A stretch of 64,000 nucleotides of DNA from an uncultured Pseudomonadales bacterium. Lineage in GTDB: Bacteria; Patescibacteriota; Microgenomatia; UBA1400; CAYXSR01. This document shows, piece by piece, positions 41,901 to 50,058 of the stretch (its first letter is position 1; each line of letters opens with the position of its first letter). The DNA lies in contig CAYSEI010000005.1 in NCBI GenBank assembly GCA_964430265.1, forward strand, positions 14,784 through 78,783, in the 5' to 3' direction. Made by a program: the position numbers and the translations under genes. The notes below the pieces were generated by a model. The model searched no databases and was not told the origin of the DNA. It worked only from the letters and a program-made list of their open reading frames with translations.

Positions 41901-41917
41901 AATGCTGCATCTGGCAT
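38915..41917 (-). CDS. nrdD: Class III anaerobic ribonucleoside-triphosphate reductase with ATP cone and intein, lacking the Gly-radical C-terminus
   Basis: ATP cone KRDGR; IHDL...YC; SMCCRL; ATPAEG; YTGGT; CPKH...CPKC. Confidence 0.95.
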   Translation of the reverse strand: MPDAALTSVIEKIRKRDGRIEDFDPAKIERAIWLASRAAGFKNKKKIRKLSQQVVDEMEKRFNQTITPEVEQVQDLVEKKLLENQEKKIHKAFTLYRDLHRKMRDIGSLVDSNELIEKYLEKEDWLVKENANMTYSLQGLNNHVASIISSNFWLHKIYPREIRKAHTHGELHIHDLALISAYCTGWDLKDFLLRGFGGVRGKIHSSPPKHLRTALGQLVNFFYTLQGEVAGAIAVANFDTLMAPFIAYDNLSYEEVKQAMQEFVYNMNVPTRVGFQCVSEDTEILTSEGWKDYQEVKKGDKIKTFNLEKKEIEEQEVESVFKRKYKGKMFNLKNRIQDQLISPKHRVVRKKFNSDKYVLEPIEEVKKLKSPVIIPVSGKNSNKKAEISDEQIKLMAWIIADGTIERPGKHRCCYRVSIYQSELRNKKNYLEIKELLDHFGFEYSEYKHASLGEDVNRLRLNAESSKTIHQWFGTKENIHFIPHKMLKMNTKQSRVFINTYLKADGFEDCKIAVSHPNLLEDLQEMVVNCEYGFTVLERKATVIGNKEIFVLRLIRHKETYIQEIKEVDYEGVIWCPHTKNETIIARRKGKVFITGNTPFTNVTMDLVIPKIFKDEAVIIGGKMQERTYKEFQEEVDQFNRAFAEVMMEGDAHGRVFTFPIPTYSVTKNFEWDNKVLEPIWEMTRKYGIPYFSNFVNSDMDPEDIRSMCCRLQLDNKKLRKRGGLFAANPLTGSVGVVTLNLPRIGYQAETEEDFFEKVEELMELAKDSLQIKREIVEGFTEKGLYPYCRYYLNDIKKRTGEYWHNHFSTIGINGMNEALVNFMGKTIVEPEGKEFALKVMNFMNDKLLDFQKETDQMFNLEATPAEGTSYRFARIDKEYFGNEIICANQKDVDDKRTEPFYTNSTHLPVDYTNDIFEALDNQDELQTSYTGGTVLHGFLGESPDNTKIVKKMVQKIAKNYSLPYFSLTPSFSICPKHGYLKGEHKFCPKCDQEIGYQKEV
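40130..41089 (-). mobile_element. Intein (320 aa) in NrdD with LAGLIDADG-type endonuclease remnants
   Basis: GFQ|CVSEDTEILT...SPKHR...FITGN|TPF; internal MAWIIADG and TYLKADG. Confidence 0.92.
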
Positions 41918-41941
41918 GTTCCCTTTCTATACAATATTTAA

Positions 41942-42388
41942 TTATTGTAAATCATGAATTAAATCCTGAAATTCTCCAATGCTTTTAAATTCCAGAAAAA
42001 CACTGGCAAATCTGGTGTAAGCTATTCTGTCCAACTTTTTCAACCGGGTCAAAATCATCCTACCTATGTCGCTTGACGAAACTTCAGTAGATTTACGATT
42101 TAACAAACGCATTTCAATCTCATCAATTATGTCCTTTATTTCCTCTTCACTAACCGGTCTTTTTTCACAAGCTTTTTCAATTCCCCAACGCATTTTTTTA
42201 CGGTTAAACTCTTCAACTTCTCCACTCTTTTTTATTACATTCAAATCAATAACCTCTACACGTTCATAAGTAGTAAATCGTTTGCCGCATTTTTCACACT
42301 CTCTTCTTCTTCTGGTAACTGCTCCGTCTTCACAATCTCTGGATTCTAAAACACTTGTTTCTGTGCTCATGCAATATGGACACTTCAT
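41942..42388 (-). CDS. nrdR: Transcriptional repressor NrdR
   Basis: MKCPYC, RRRREC..C..RFTTYE, ATP cone, AYTRFASV. Confidence 0.97.
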   Translation of the reverse strand: MKCPYCMSTETSVLESRDCEDGAVTRRRRECEKCGKRFTTYERVEVIDLNVIKKSGEVEEFNRKKMRWGIEKACEKRPVSEEEIKDIIDEIEMRLLNRKSTEVSSSDIGRMILTRLKKLDRIAYTRFASVFLEFKSIGEFQDLIHDLQ

Positions 42389-42410
42389 ATTTTTCTCCTA
42401 ATTTTCAAAA

Positions 42411-42455
42411 ACACTAGTCATAGTGTACAGTCTAAAGTTAAAACACTAGTTGTGG
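42411..42455. promoter_or_regulatory. NrdR-box-like sites upstream of the nrdR-nrdD operon
   Basis: Palindrome ACACTA-GTCA-TAGTGT (42411-42426) and a weaker copy AAAACACTAGTTGTGG about 30 nt away. Confidence 0.62.
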
Positions 42456-42651
42456 CATGTCAACTATCATTTAATACATCAAAAAATATCAGCAAGTAAA
42501 ATTTTTACAGAAGGAGCTTCTCAATAACAAAAACACTACTTTTTGCTACCAAAAATTCGCTTTTCATTTTCCGGATTCTAGTAAAAAATTAAAGTGTGAA
42601 AAAATGTACTCAAATAATTAAATTTTACTTATATTATAAATATATTTAAAT

Positions 42652-43227
42652 CTACCAATTTTGTGCCTTTTTTTCTAACCTCTGATGTCTTATCTTTAAC
42701 CTCTGGTACAATTCTTCTGACATATTGTTTTCAAAATTTTGCTGTACTTCCCAGTGTTTTGCCAGTGCTTTTTCTAAAGTTTTTTTTATGTTGTGATTTT
42801 CTATTTTTTCGGCATTCAAAAAAGTTCTTTCCAAATATTTTTCCGCTTTGGTAAATGTGGTTATTGCCAACTGTTCTTTATTTTTTTGTAATAATTTTTC
42901 TGCTGCAGCTGCTCTTTTGTCTGCATAAAGTAAAAGCAGTTTTGTTTTTTCAATCTGGTTACGTGATAATATAAGTTGAACTCTGTCTCGAACCATTTTC
43001 AGCCAATACAAAGGGTGATCAGGAAGAATTCCAGGATAAGCAAGAGTATAATCACTTTGTTTGCTTGCTTGTTTTTGCAAATGTTCAACTTCCTTTTCCT
43101 GCGCTTTTATCTCCTTTATTCCTTTAATATCCTGTCTTGGAACCCGAAAAAAAGAAATAGCTAAAATTGCAATTCCCAAAAACAAACCAATAACTGAAAA
43201 AATAATAAACGTACTTTTTAATTTCAT
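42652..43227 (-). CDS. DUF5667-like membrane-anchored helical protein
   Basis: TM; YPGILPDHPLYWLKMVRD; ADKR motif. Confidence 0.78.
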   Translation of the reverse strand: MKLKSTFIIFSVIGLFLGIAILAISFFRVPRQDIKGIKEIKAQEKEVEHLQKQASKQSDYTLAYPGILPDHPLYWLKMVRDRVQLILSRNQIEKTKLLLLYADKRAAAAEKLLQKNKEQLAITTFTKAEKYLERTFLNAEKIENHNIKKTLEKALAKHWEVQQNFENNMSEELYQRLKIRHQRLEKKAQNW

Positions 43228-45386
43228 TTTTGCTCCTCTATAGGTTTAGTGTAGCGTTCGCTTGATATACGTAAAGCCTTTTTTCTATTCTGATTTTTAC
43301 ATTCAGGTAAAGGCAATGTTTTTGCATAGAAGGGTTTACATGTTTTTCTGTTAATCGAAAGCCGCAGTAATATCTCAAAATTATCCAATGCCACCAAATC
43401 TTCTTCTTCATATCTTTCTCCAAACTCGCGGGACAAATAATGTGCATCTTGTGCTCCTACCAGAAAGGAAGCTAATGTTCCTACATTCCCAAAAATTGCT
43501 TTTTGCATGTCATCAGTTAACTGACCCATATATTGATTAGCAACAGAGATATTAAGACGGTATTTTCTTGCTTCGGACAAAATTTTTACAAAAGAGGAAG
43601 TGGCAAAGTTCTGAAACTCATCAACATACAAATAAAAGTCACGTCTTTTTTCTTCGTCCATATCGACCCTGCTCATAGCAGCCAACTGCATTTTGGTTAT
43701 TAGCATTGCTCCTAAAAGTGCAGCATTGTCTTCTCCAATTTTTCCTTGGGAAAGATTGATAATTAATATTTTCCCTTCATCCATAAATTCCTTTAAGTCA
43801 ATAGTTGAATGCGGATGACCAATAATATTTCTTATAGTTGGTGAATTAACAAACTGTCCAACCTTATTTTGTATTGGTGACACAGCTTGAGAACGCAGTC
43901 TTTCAGACATTTTATTAAATTCGTTATACCAGAAATTTTTTAAAGTATCATCACAATATTTATCTACCACTTTTTTGCGGAATACATCATCTGAAAGTAT
44001 TTTTAGAACATCCTCTAAAGTACTTTGGGGACGTTTTACTAATGTCAGCAGAGCGTTTCTAAAAATATATTCCATGCGCGGTCCCCAGGAATAGTGGTAA
44101 AGCTTATGAAAGATTGATACAATTCCCGAAGCTACAAGTTCTGCATGCTCTTTATTCCTCACCTGCAAAGGATTTAAGTGAAATGCTCGTTTATTGTCCG
44201 ACGGGTCAAGATAACAAACATCATTTAATCGATGTGAGGGAATATAGTCCAAAAGAATCTCGCAAAGGTCACCGTGTGGATCCAGAACCGCCATTCCATT
44301 GTTGCTCTGCATATCATTAATTGCCATATTAGCAATCATCGTAGATTTACCTACACCGGTTTTCCCAATAATATACATATGCCTGCGTCTATCTTCTTTT
44401 TTTATACCAAAGTTTGCTGTTTTGTTTTTATATTCAGTTTGAGCAAAAAAGTTGATTTTTTCTTTTTCTTCATCCGTAAGACCTTCAGAAGTCGGCAAAT
44501 CCTCAGGTGGTTCCCCAATTATCTTCCCACCCCAGGAAATATTGCGTATTTTAGAAAGTTTCTCATTAGGAAAATGGTATACTGTTGCCAACTCTTCAAT
44601 ATTTAAGTATTGATATCTTGGTGTCGGTTTAAACTCTCTATTTTTAATAGAATTCAAAAGCCTTTTTTTTAACAGCTTGGGTTTTTTTAGACGCAAGCTA
44701 TTTCCTTCCCCAAGTGTAAATGAACCAAAACTGCCTGCAAGATGGTTTAAAAACTTGGAGCTTGAATTTTCATTGACCGAAATTGCCAAAAGCCTCATAC
44801 CAGCATGCATCGCCTTGTGTGATATTTTTTGTGTGATTAACCCTGATTGGGGATGCGAGCGAGTACTCTGACCATCCGGTGAGGGAACTCCTTTGTTTAG
44901 TATTTTCCTGGCAGCATTTTCATAAGAAGATCCAACCGGAGCAATCACTAACTGAAAAAGCGCCCTGTCTTTAGGTCCTGCTTTAGAAAGAGTTCCCAGA
45001 AATGCAGCTAATGGATCAATCTCGCGAAAGTCATTATATGTTTTTAAAGGAAACCAATATGCTTTATCCAAAACCAACTGACCAAAATCAGCTTTTTCCA
45101 AGTCCCAATTTTTCAAGTAATCCTTTATTTTTGCATAATTAGATTTAGGATATTGAGCAGTTAATTGAGAAGTAAAATATGGCTCGAACTCTTTTTCCAA
45201 CACACTGTAAAAATGAATTGTTTGTTTTTCCAAAACAATTTCAAAAACTACACATTTACGTTTCCCAAATAATTTTTGCCAAAAAGAGGATTTATAATTA
45301 GACAAACCGGCAAAGATTCCGGCCATTGATTCAGGAGTCTCTTCACTATTTCGGGGAATTTTAATCTCAAGAATATTTTTTTCCAT
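43224..45386 (-). CDS. Second VirD4/TraD/HerA (DUF87)-like ATPase
   Basis: RRHMYIIGKTGVGKS, LDPHGD, LYVDEFQNF, LSEARKYRL; no clear N-terminal TM. Confidence 0.9.
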   Translation of the reverse strand: MEKNILEIKIPRNSEETPESMAGIFAGLSNYKSSFWQKLFGKRKCVVFEIVLEKQTIHFYSVLEKEFEPYFTSQLTAQYPKSNYAKIKDYLKNWDLEKADFGQLVLDKAYWFPLKTYNDFREIDPLAAFLGTLSKAGPKDRALFQLVIAPVGSSYENAARKILNKGVPSPDGQSTRSHPQSGLITQKISHKAMHAGMRLLAISVNENSSSKFLNHLAGSFGSFTLGEGNSLRLKKPKLLKKRLLNSIKNREFKPTPRYQYLNIEELATVYHFPNEKLSKIRNISWGGKIIGEPPEDLPTSEGLTDEEKEKINFFAQTEYKNKTANFGIKKEDRRRHMYIIGKTGVGKSTMIANMAINDMQSNNGMAVLDPHGDLCEILLDYIPSHRLNDVCYLDPSDNKRAFHLNPLQVRNKEHAELVASGIVSIFHKLYHYSWGPRMEYIFRNALLTLVKRPQSTLEDVLKILSDDVFRKKVVDKYCDDTLKNFWYNEFNKMSERLRSQAVSPIQNKVGQFVNSPTIRNIIGHPHSTIDLKEFMDEGKILIINLSQGKIGEDNAALLGAMLITKMQLAAMSRVDMDEEKRRDFYLYVDEFQNFATSSFVKILSEARKYRLNISVANQYMGQLTDDMQKAIFGNVGTLASFLVGAQDAHYLSREFGERYEEEDLVALDNFEILLRLSINRKTCKPFYAKTLPLPECKNQNRKKALRISSERYTKPIEEQK

Positions 45387-45427
45387 GCCTTTATTTTAAC
45401 ACATCTTAAAATATTTGATACAAAATA

Positions 45428-46225
45428 TTATCTCTCATGCATAAAATCATAAGGGCTTTTTAATTCTAGGTCTTTTGCTTTTTTTTGTGCTTCATATGCG
45501 TCTTTTTCTACTTCTAATTTTTCACTTCGAACAAGATAATGAAAAGCCAATCCAAATGTAGGAAGCAAAACTGGTTGCAAACCAGGACAAATACTTTCCA
45601 TAGATCTTAGAGCTGCAGCAGTAGCAAGAAATAATACAAAAAAACGGCGTGAGATCTTTTTCCTCTCAATATATTTCTCTAAATCCTCTGGCTTTTCCAT
45701 GGCTTGAATCAAATGATAGAACTCATGCTCAGTTGCTGTCTGAACCAATTGCTTATATGCTGCTATCCGTACATCCTCTGACATTTTCGAATATTCTTTA
45801 ACCTGAAAACTATCCATGTTAGAATAATTGAAGTTAATTTTTTCTAAGTTTGCACCAAGTCCAGCAATATTTACCATTAATCTATAATTTCCATTCTCTA
45901 TTGGCTTAATCGCTCCTCCTAATAACCCTTTAGGAACCATATTGATTACGCGATGAAAAATTTTTCTTAAACGAGTATCTTCTATTTGACTTTCACTTGG
46001 CTCACAAAGTTCAAAATCAACATGCTCATGGAAAAAGCTTTTTGCTTCCTCTCTATTTCTCCCAAAATGTTCAGCAAAATCTCCAAAACTCTCTTGAAGT
46101 CTCCTTCTTGAAGTTTCTATATGTATAAATTCCCCAGTGGAAAGACGCACTGTATCTTTATAAATCTTATTTTTTTCTTCTGCTTCAGCATGAATTTCCG
46201 AAGTTTCAATTCCTGCTTCTTCCAT
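45428..46225 (-). CDS. Hypothetical protein, possible HExxH zinc peptidase
   Basis: HEFYH, a hydrophobic hairpin, then EKDA. Confidence 0.55.
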   Translation of the reverse strand: MEEAGIETSEIHAEAEEKNKIYKDTVRLSTGEFIHIETSRRRLQESFGDFAEHFGRNREEAKSFFHEHVDFELCEPSESQIEDTRLRKIFHRVINMVPKGLLGGAIKPIENGNYRLMVNIAGLGANLEKINFNYSNMDSFQVKEYSKMSEDVRIAAYKQLVQTATEHEFYHLIQAMEKPEDLEKYIERKKISRRFFVLFLATAAALRSMESICPGLQPVLLPTFGLAFHYLVRSEKLEVEKDAYEAQKKAKDLELKSPYDFMHER

Positions 46226-46282
46226 AGTTTAATTATAAAGCTTTAGCAATTTTTTTGCTATAAAACATGTTTAATCCTGCTT

Positions 46283-47353
46283 TTATAAAATAACATTTAA
46301 TTTGTTTGTACATTTCTTACAAAAAACACCTGCATCTGTTACTTTTAATCCAGACAAATCCGGTTGCCATCCCATTCTTTCAACTACTGTTTTATTACAC
46401 TTTGGACAGATCGTATCTCCCATAGCAAAACCTCTGGATCCTCTTCCACTTGGCGCCCAAACATAAACATGTTTAAGTCCGGCATCAAGACCTATTTTGT
46501 ATGCTTGTCTTAGTTTGTCAACTGACGTCTCTTCAATTTGCTGAAAATCTTTATCTGGTGCTAGTTCAGGAGAGAAACGGGACAAATGCCAGGGAACCTC
46601 ATCTCCTAACTTCTCCGTAATCCAATTGGCAATATTTTCTAATTCTTCTTCAGAATCATTTATTCCAGGGATTACCAATGTTGTTAACTCTGTAAAAATA
46701 TTAAACTCATTTACAACCTTTTCTGTAAGTTTTAAAACATTACCAAAATATGCTCCCATATCTGAATATGTTTTTCTGGTAAATCCTTTGATATCAATGT
46801 TGCAAGCATCAATCACCGGAGCCAATTTATTCAAGCTTTCTTCAGTCCATGAACCGTTGCTAACATAAACAGTGTATAAACCTTTTTCTTTTGCCAGTTT
46901 GGCAACATCATAAACATATTCCGGCCAAATTGAAGGCTCATTGTATGTAAAAGCAATGCCGGGAATGTTTCTTTCAATTGCTAAATCCACCATCTCTTCC
47001 GGCCTAACAATATCTTCTTCCTTTCCTTCTTTTAATTTGTTTAGGATATTTGTTGCCGGCTGTCCCCATGAACAACTGAAATTTAAACACTGCTTACAAC
47101 GATAATTGCACCCATAAGAGCCTATGGACAAAACTTCTGTCCCTGGATAAAAATGGTAAAGTGGTTTTTTTTCAATCGGATCAACATTGGAAGCACTTAA
47201 AATCCCATATATTAAAGAATACAATTCTCCTTCTTTGTTCAAACGTGTTTTACAAACACCAACATCCCCATTGCCTATTTCACAATACCATTGACATGCC
47301 TGACATTTAACTTTTTTATTCTCTAATTGTTTGTAAATTCTTGCTTTTTTCAT
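46283..47353 (-). CDS. amrS: AmmeMemoRadiSAM system radical SAM enzyme
   Basis: C..C...C N-terminal; DPIEKKPLYHFYPG; CNYRCKQC; AFTYNEP; PWHLSRF.P. Confidence 0.9.
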   Translation of the reverse strand: MKKARIYKQLENKKVKCQACQWYCEIGNGDVGVCKTRLNKEGELYSLIYGILSASNVDPIEKKPLYHFYPGTEVLSIGSYGCNYRCKQCLNFSCSWGQPATNILNKLKEGKEEDIVRPEEMVDLAIERNIPGIAFTYNEPSIWPEYVYDVAKLAKEKGLYTVYVSNGSWTEESLNKLAPVIDACNIDIKGFTRKTYSDMGAYFGNVLKLTEKVVNEFNIFTELTTLVIPGINDSEEELENIANWITEKLGDEVPWHLSRFSPELAPDKDFQQIEETSVDKLRQAYKIGLDAGLKHVYVWAPSGRGSRGFAMGDTICPKCNKTVVERMGWQPDLSGLKVTDAGVFCKKCTNKLNVIL

Positions 47354-47451
47354 CTTAAATATATTATATCTTTACCTACGGCAGATTTAAAATGCTCTCA
47401 TATCCAAAGATTTCAGATAACATAAAAGTAAAAACGCGAAAAGATTTAAAC

Positions 47452-48297
47452 TTATTCTTTAAAATTTTCCATTATTGTATTGCTTCTGTCTTGAGGATGA
47501 AAAAAAGCAGCATGATAACTTATTTTTTCATTAGTAATTTTCTTTCTCATATATATAAATTGTATTTTGAATAAGAGTTTATCAATAAAATCAAGGAAAC
47601 TTTTTAAAATTACATTTTTTGTTCCTGGTTTATCCAGAAGGTTTTGTTTTTTCAGCTCTTTATATATATTGGGCCAATATTCTTCTACCCAATTGTTACT
47701 TTTAATAAACTGCTGATAAGCTTTTTGTTTATTTACCAACGGTTTTATCTGGCAAATCTCATGTGCTGTATATGCATTTTTCTGCTTTATCTCTAAACTG
47801 GATTGATCCAAAAAAAGATTTAAGCAAATTTTGTCTTTTATTTTTTTGTCTAACGGTCTGCGACGTTTACCCAATAACTCTAAAATAAGAATACACAAAA
47901 AACGACTGATCCATAAGCGATTTTTTGCTGTAGTTATAAAAAGATCTATATCTTCATTTTTATCACAGTTTTCCATTGCCAGAGATCCGCTAACTGCAAT
48001 CATTTTAATAAAGGGGATTTTTGCCAAAATATGACTATATTTTCCTGCTGTTTTTAATTTTTTACTAGAAAAATGTTCTCTTTTTTTCCTTTTTTCAATG
48101 ATATTTTTCTTATTGGGAAAAAAATAGTACTTTTCTTTTTTTTTGACTTTGTTTTTTTTTATTAAACTTTTTAGTTTCCTATATACTTCATTCTTTTTTG
48201 CTTTTTTTTTATACAACCATAAATACACTTGTCTCCTATTTAATGGATAATCAAAAAGTTGATGATATTGCAAAGACTTTAAAATGGCTTTTTCCAT
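47452..48297 (-). CDS. Winged-helix + nucleotidyltransferase-fold protein (CPR-conserved)
   Basis: FDYPL; VSGSLA....DIDLFI (hGS..DxD); KICLN; start taken at MEKAI. Confidence 0.75.
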   Translation of the reverse strand: MEKAILKSLQYHQLFDYPLNRRQVYLWLYKKKAKKNEVYRKLKSLIKKNKVKKKEKYYFFPNKKNIIEKRKKREHFSSKKLKTAGKYSHILAKIPFIKMIAVSGSLAMENCDKNEDIDLFITTAKNRLWISRFLCILILELLGKRRRPLDKKIKDKICLNLFLDQSSLEIKQKNAYTAHEICQIKPLVNKQKAYQQFIKSNNWVEEYWPNIYKELKKQNLLDKPGTKNVILKSFLDFIDKLLFKIQFIYMRKKITNEKISYHAAFFHPQDRSNTIMENFKE

Positions 48298-48298
48298 T

Positions 48299-50023
48299 TT
48301 ATTGTGCAGTTGTATTCTCAGGACTGGCAATTCCGTAGCTGGAAAGCACCTGTTTTACGCCTGAAGCAGCAGTAGTCAAAACCTCTTTTGCTTCCTGCCC
48401 TTCTAAATATCCGTTTACGGCATTTTCATAATATTTAATAATCCTGTCATTGATACCATTATCAAAAGTACGGGAGCATAAATACCATGACTCTGCATAA
48501 GGTCCTTGTTTTACAAAAGAATATACAATGGGATCGTCCTGCAACTGCGATGCCATATCTACTCTTGGATAAGGTTCTCCAAAACGCCTCATTCCAGATG
48601 CTGCACTGTAAAAAGTATTTAAGGCTTTTTGTGTTGACATAAACTCTAAAAATTTCCAGGCTTCTTTTTTTTCTTTGCTTTTTTCCCAAACACCTTCCGC
48701 CCAATAGGTTGCCCAAGCAATTTTTTCGCCTGGCAGCTGTGGTACAGGTACAGTTGCATAGTTAAGATCCTCACTTATTTCATTAATTTGATGTGCACGC
48801 CAGGAAGGAGCAAAAATCATAGCAACTTTTCCAGTTGCAAATGCATATATTGAATTTGGCAATGTCTCATCCCAAACCTTATCCTTTTCAGCAAATATAG
48901 TATAAAACTTAAGTGCGTCTGTTGACAGTTCAGAAGATGGCTCTGCAGGATTCGCTCCATTCTGTAGCATCATCAACCCTAAAATATCGCTCCAGTGCTC
49001 TACATTATTGGTAGTACCCAAGGCAACTCCAGCAGTATGAATTTTCCCTGTATCATCTTTTACTGTCAAATCAACAGCCAACTGCCGCAAATCTTCCCAA
49101 GTTGATGGTGGAGTCTCATTGGCCTGCTCCAAAAGTTCTTGGTTGTAATACAAAGCCAAACTATCAAAATATATTGGAATCCCCATTATTTCTTGATTAG
49201 TCGTTAAGTTTTTGGAAACTACAGGATAATAATTAGTGGATAAGTTTATTGATTCCTTTACATCATTGGGTGCAACATCCAAATCGTTTTTAAGCATTGG
49301 CACCCAAGTATTGTGAAAACGAAAAATATCTGGTCCTTCACCTTTTGCTAATGCAGATTGCAAGCGTTCTCGATAATCTTCTTTTGACTGCTGAGTATAT
49401 TGAATATTAACGTTGGGGTTTTCCTTTTTATATTCAGCAATTAATTGGGACATTACCTGCTCTGGCTCCCATAATCCCCAATATACTAAATCAACTGTTT
49501 TTCCTGGAGCTGAAACGCCTCCTCCATCACTACCTCCTTCACCAGTAAGAAGTTGTTTACCTTTATTAATCAAACCCGGCAAAACTTTAAACCCAACAAA
49601 AAACAAGATAATCCCTATTACAGCCACTACAATAATTGGGGTAACTTTTTTAAATGGAGATTGTTTAATAAAATTATTTTCTGACGAAGTAGCCGGTTGC
49701 TTATTTTTTTTCTTTTTTGCACTGGCAAAATCCTCTGACTGTATATTCTCTTGCTTCACTTCCTTTTTCTCTTTTTCCAGTGTATCTTTAGGTGCAGGAA
49801 TTGAAGAACTAGTATCTTTTTTTTCAGTATCATTATTATCAGAAAACTCCGTAGGCAAAGGCTGATTTTCTGTTTCTTTTTTTGGTGGGCTAGGCTTTTT
49901 TTGTACCGGATGTTCTTCAACTTCAATCCAAGGAGGTTTTATTTCTCCTGAGGTTTCTTCAGTTTGTTGAGAAGGTTTGACAGGTTGCTTTAAATCCTTC
50001 TCCTCCTGGTTGTTATCTTTCAT
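48299..50023 (-). CDS. Extracellular (sugar) solute-binding protein with long disordered N-terminus and TM anchor
   Basis: YWGLWE, GEGPDIF, LALYYN..L, PSTWEDL, FATGKVAM. Confidence 0.88.
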   Translation of the reverse strand: MKDNNQEEKDLKQPVKPSQQTEETSGEIKPPWIEVEEHPVQKKPSPPKKETENQPLPTEFSDNNDTEKKDTSSSIPAPKDTLEKEKKEVKQENIQSEDFASAKKKKNKQPATSSENNFIKQSPFKKVTPIIVVAVIGIILFFVGFKVLPGLINKGKQLLTGEGGSDGGGVSAPGKTVDLVYWGLWEPEQVMSQLIAEYKKENPNVNIQYTQQSKEDYRERLQSALAKGEGPDIFRFHNTWVPMLKNDLDVAPNDVKESINLSTNYYPVVSKNLTTNQEIMGIPIYFDSLALYYNQELLEQANETPPSTWEDLRQLAVDLTVKDDTGKIHTAGVALGTTNNVEHWSDILGLMMLQNGANPAEPSSELSTDALKFYTIFAEKDKVWDETLPNSIYAFATGKVAMIFAPSWRAHQINEISEDLNYATVPVPQLPGEKIAWATYWAEGVWEKSKEKKEAWKFLEFMSTQKALNTFYSAASGMRRFGEPYPRVDMASQLQDDPIVYSFVKQGPYAESWYLCSRTFDNGINDRIIKYYENAVNGYLEGQEAKEVLTTAASGVKQVLSSYGIASPENTTAQ

Positions 50024-50058
50024 TATTTACCTTTTTCTGATATTTTAAAAGGAGACCT

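Noticed and set aside
31295-45386. Integrative conjugative element (tRNA + tyrosine recombinase + VirD4-like ATPases)
   Set aside because: No att duplication of the tRNA 3' end seen, no relaxase or VirB genes, and the cargo is housekeeping (ftsB-like, pyk, nrd).
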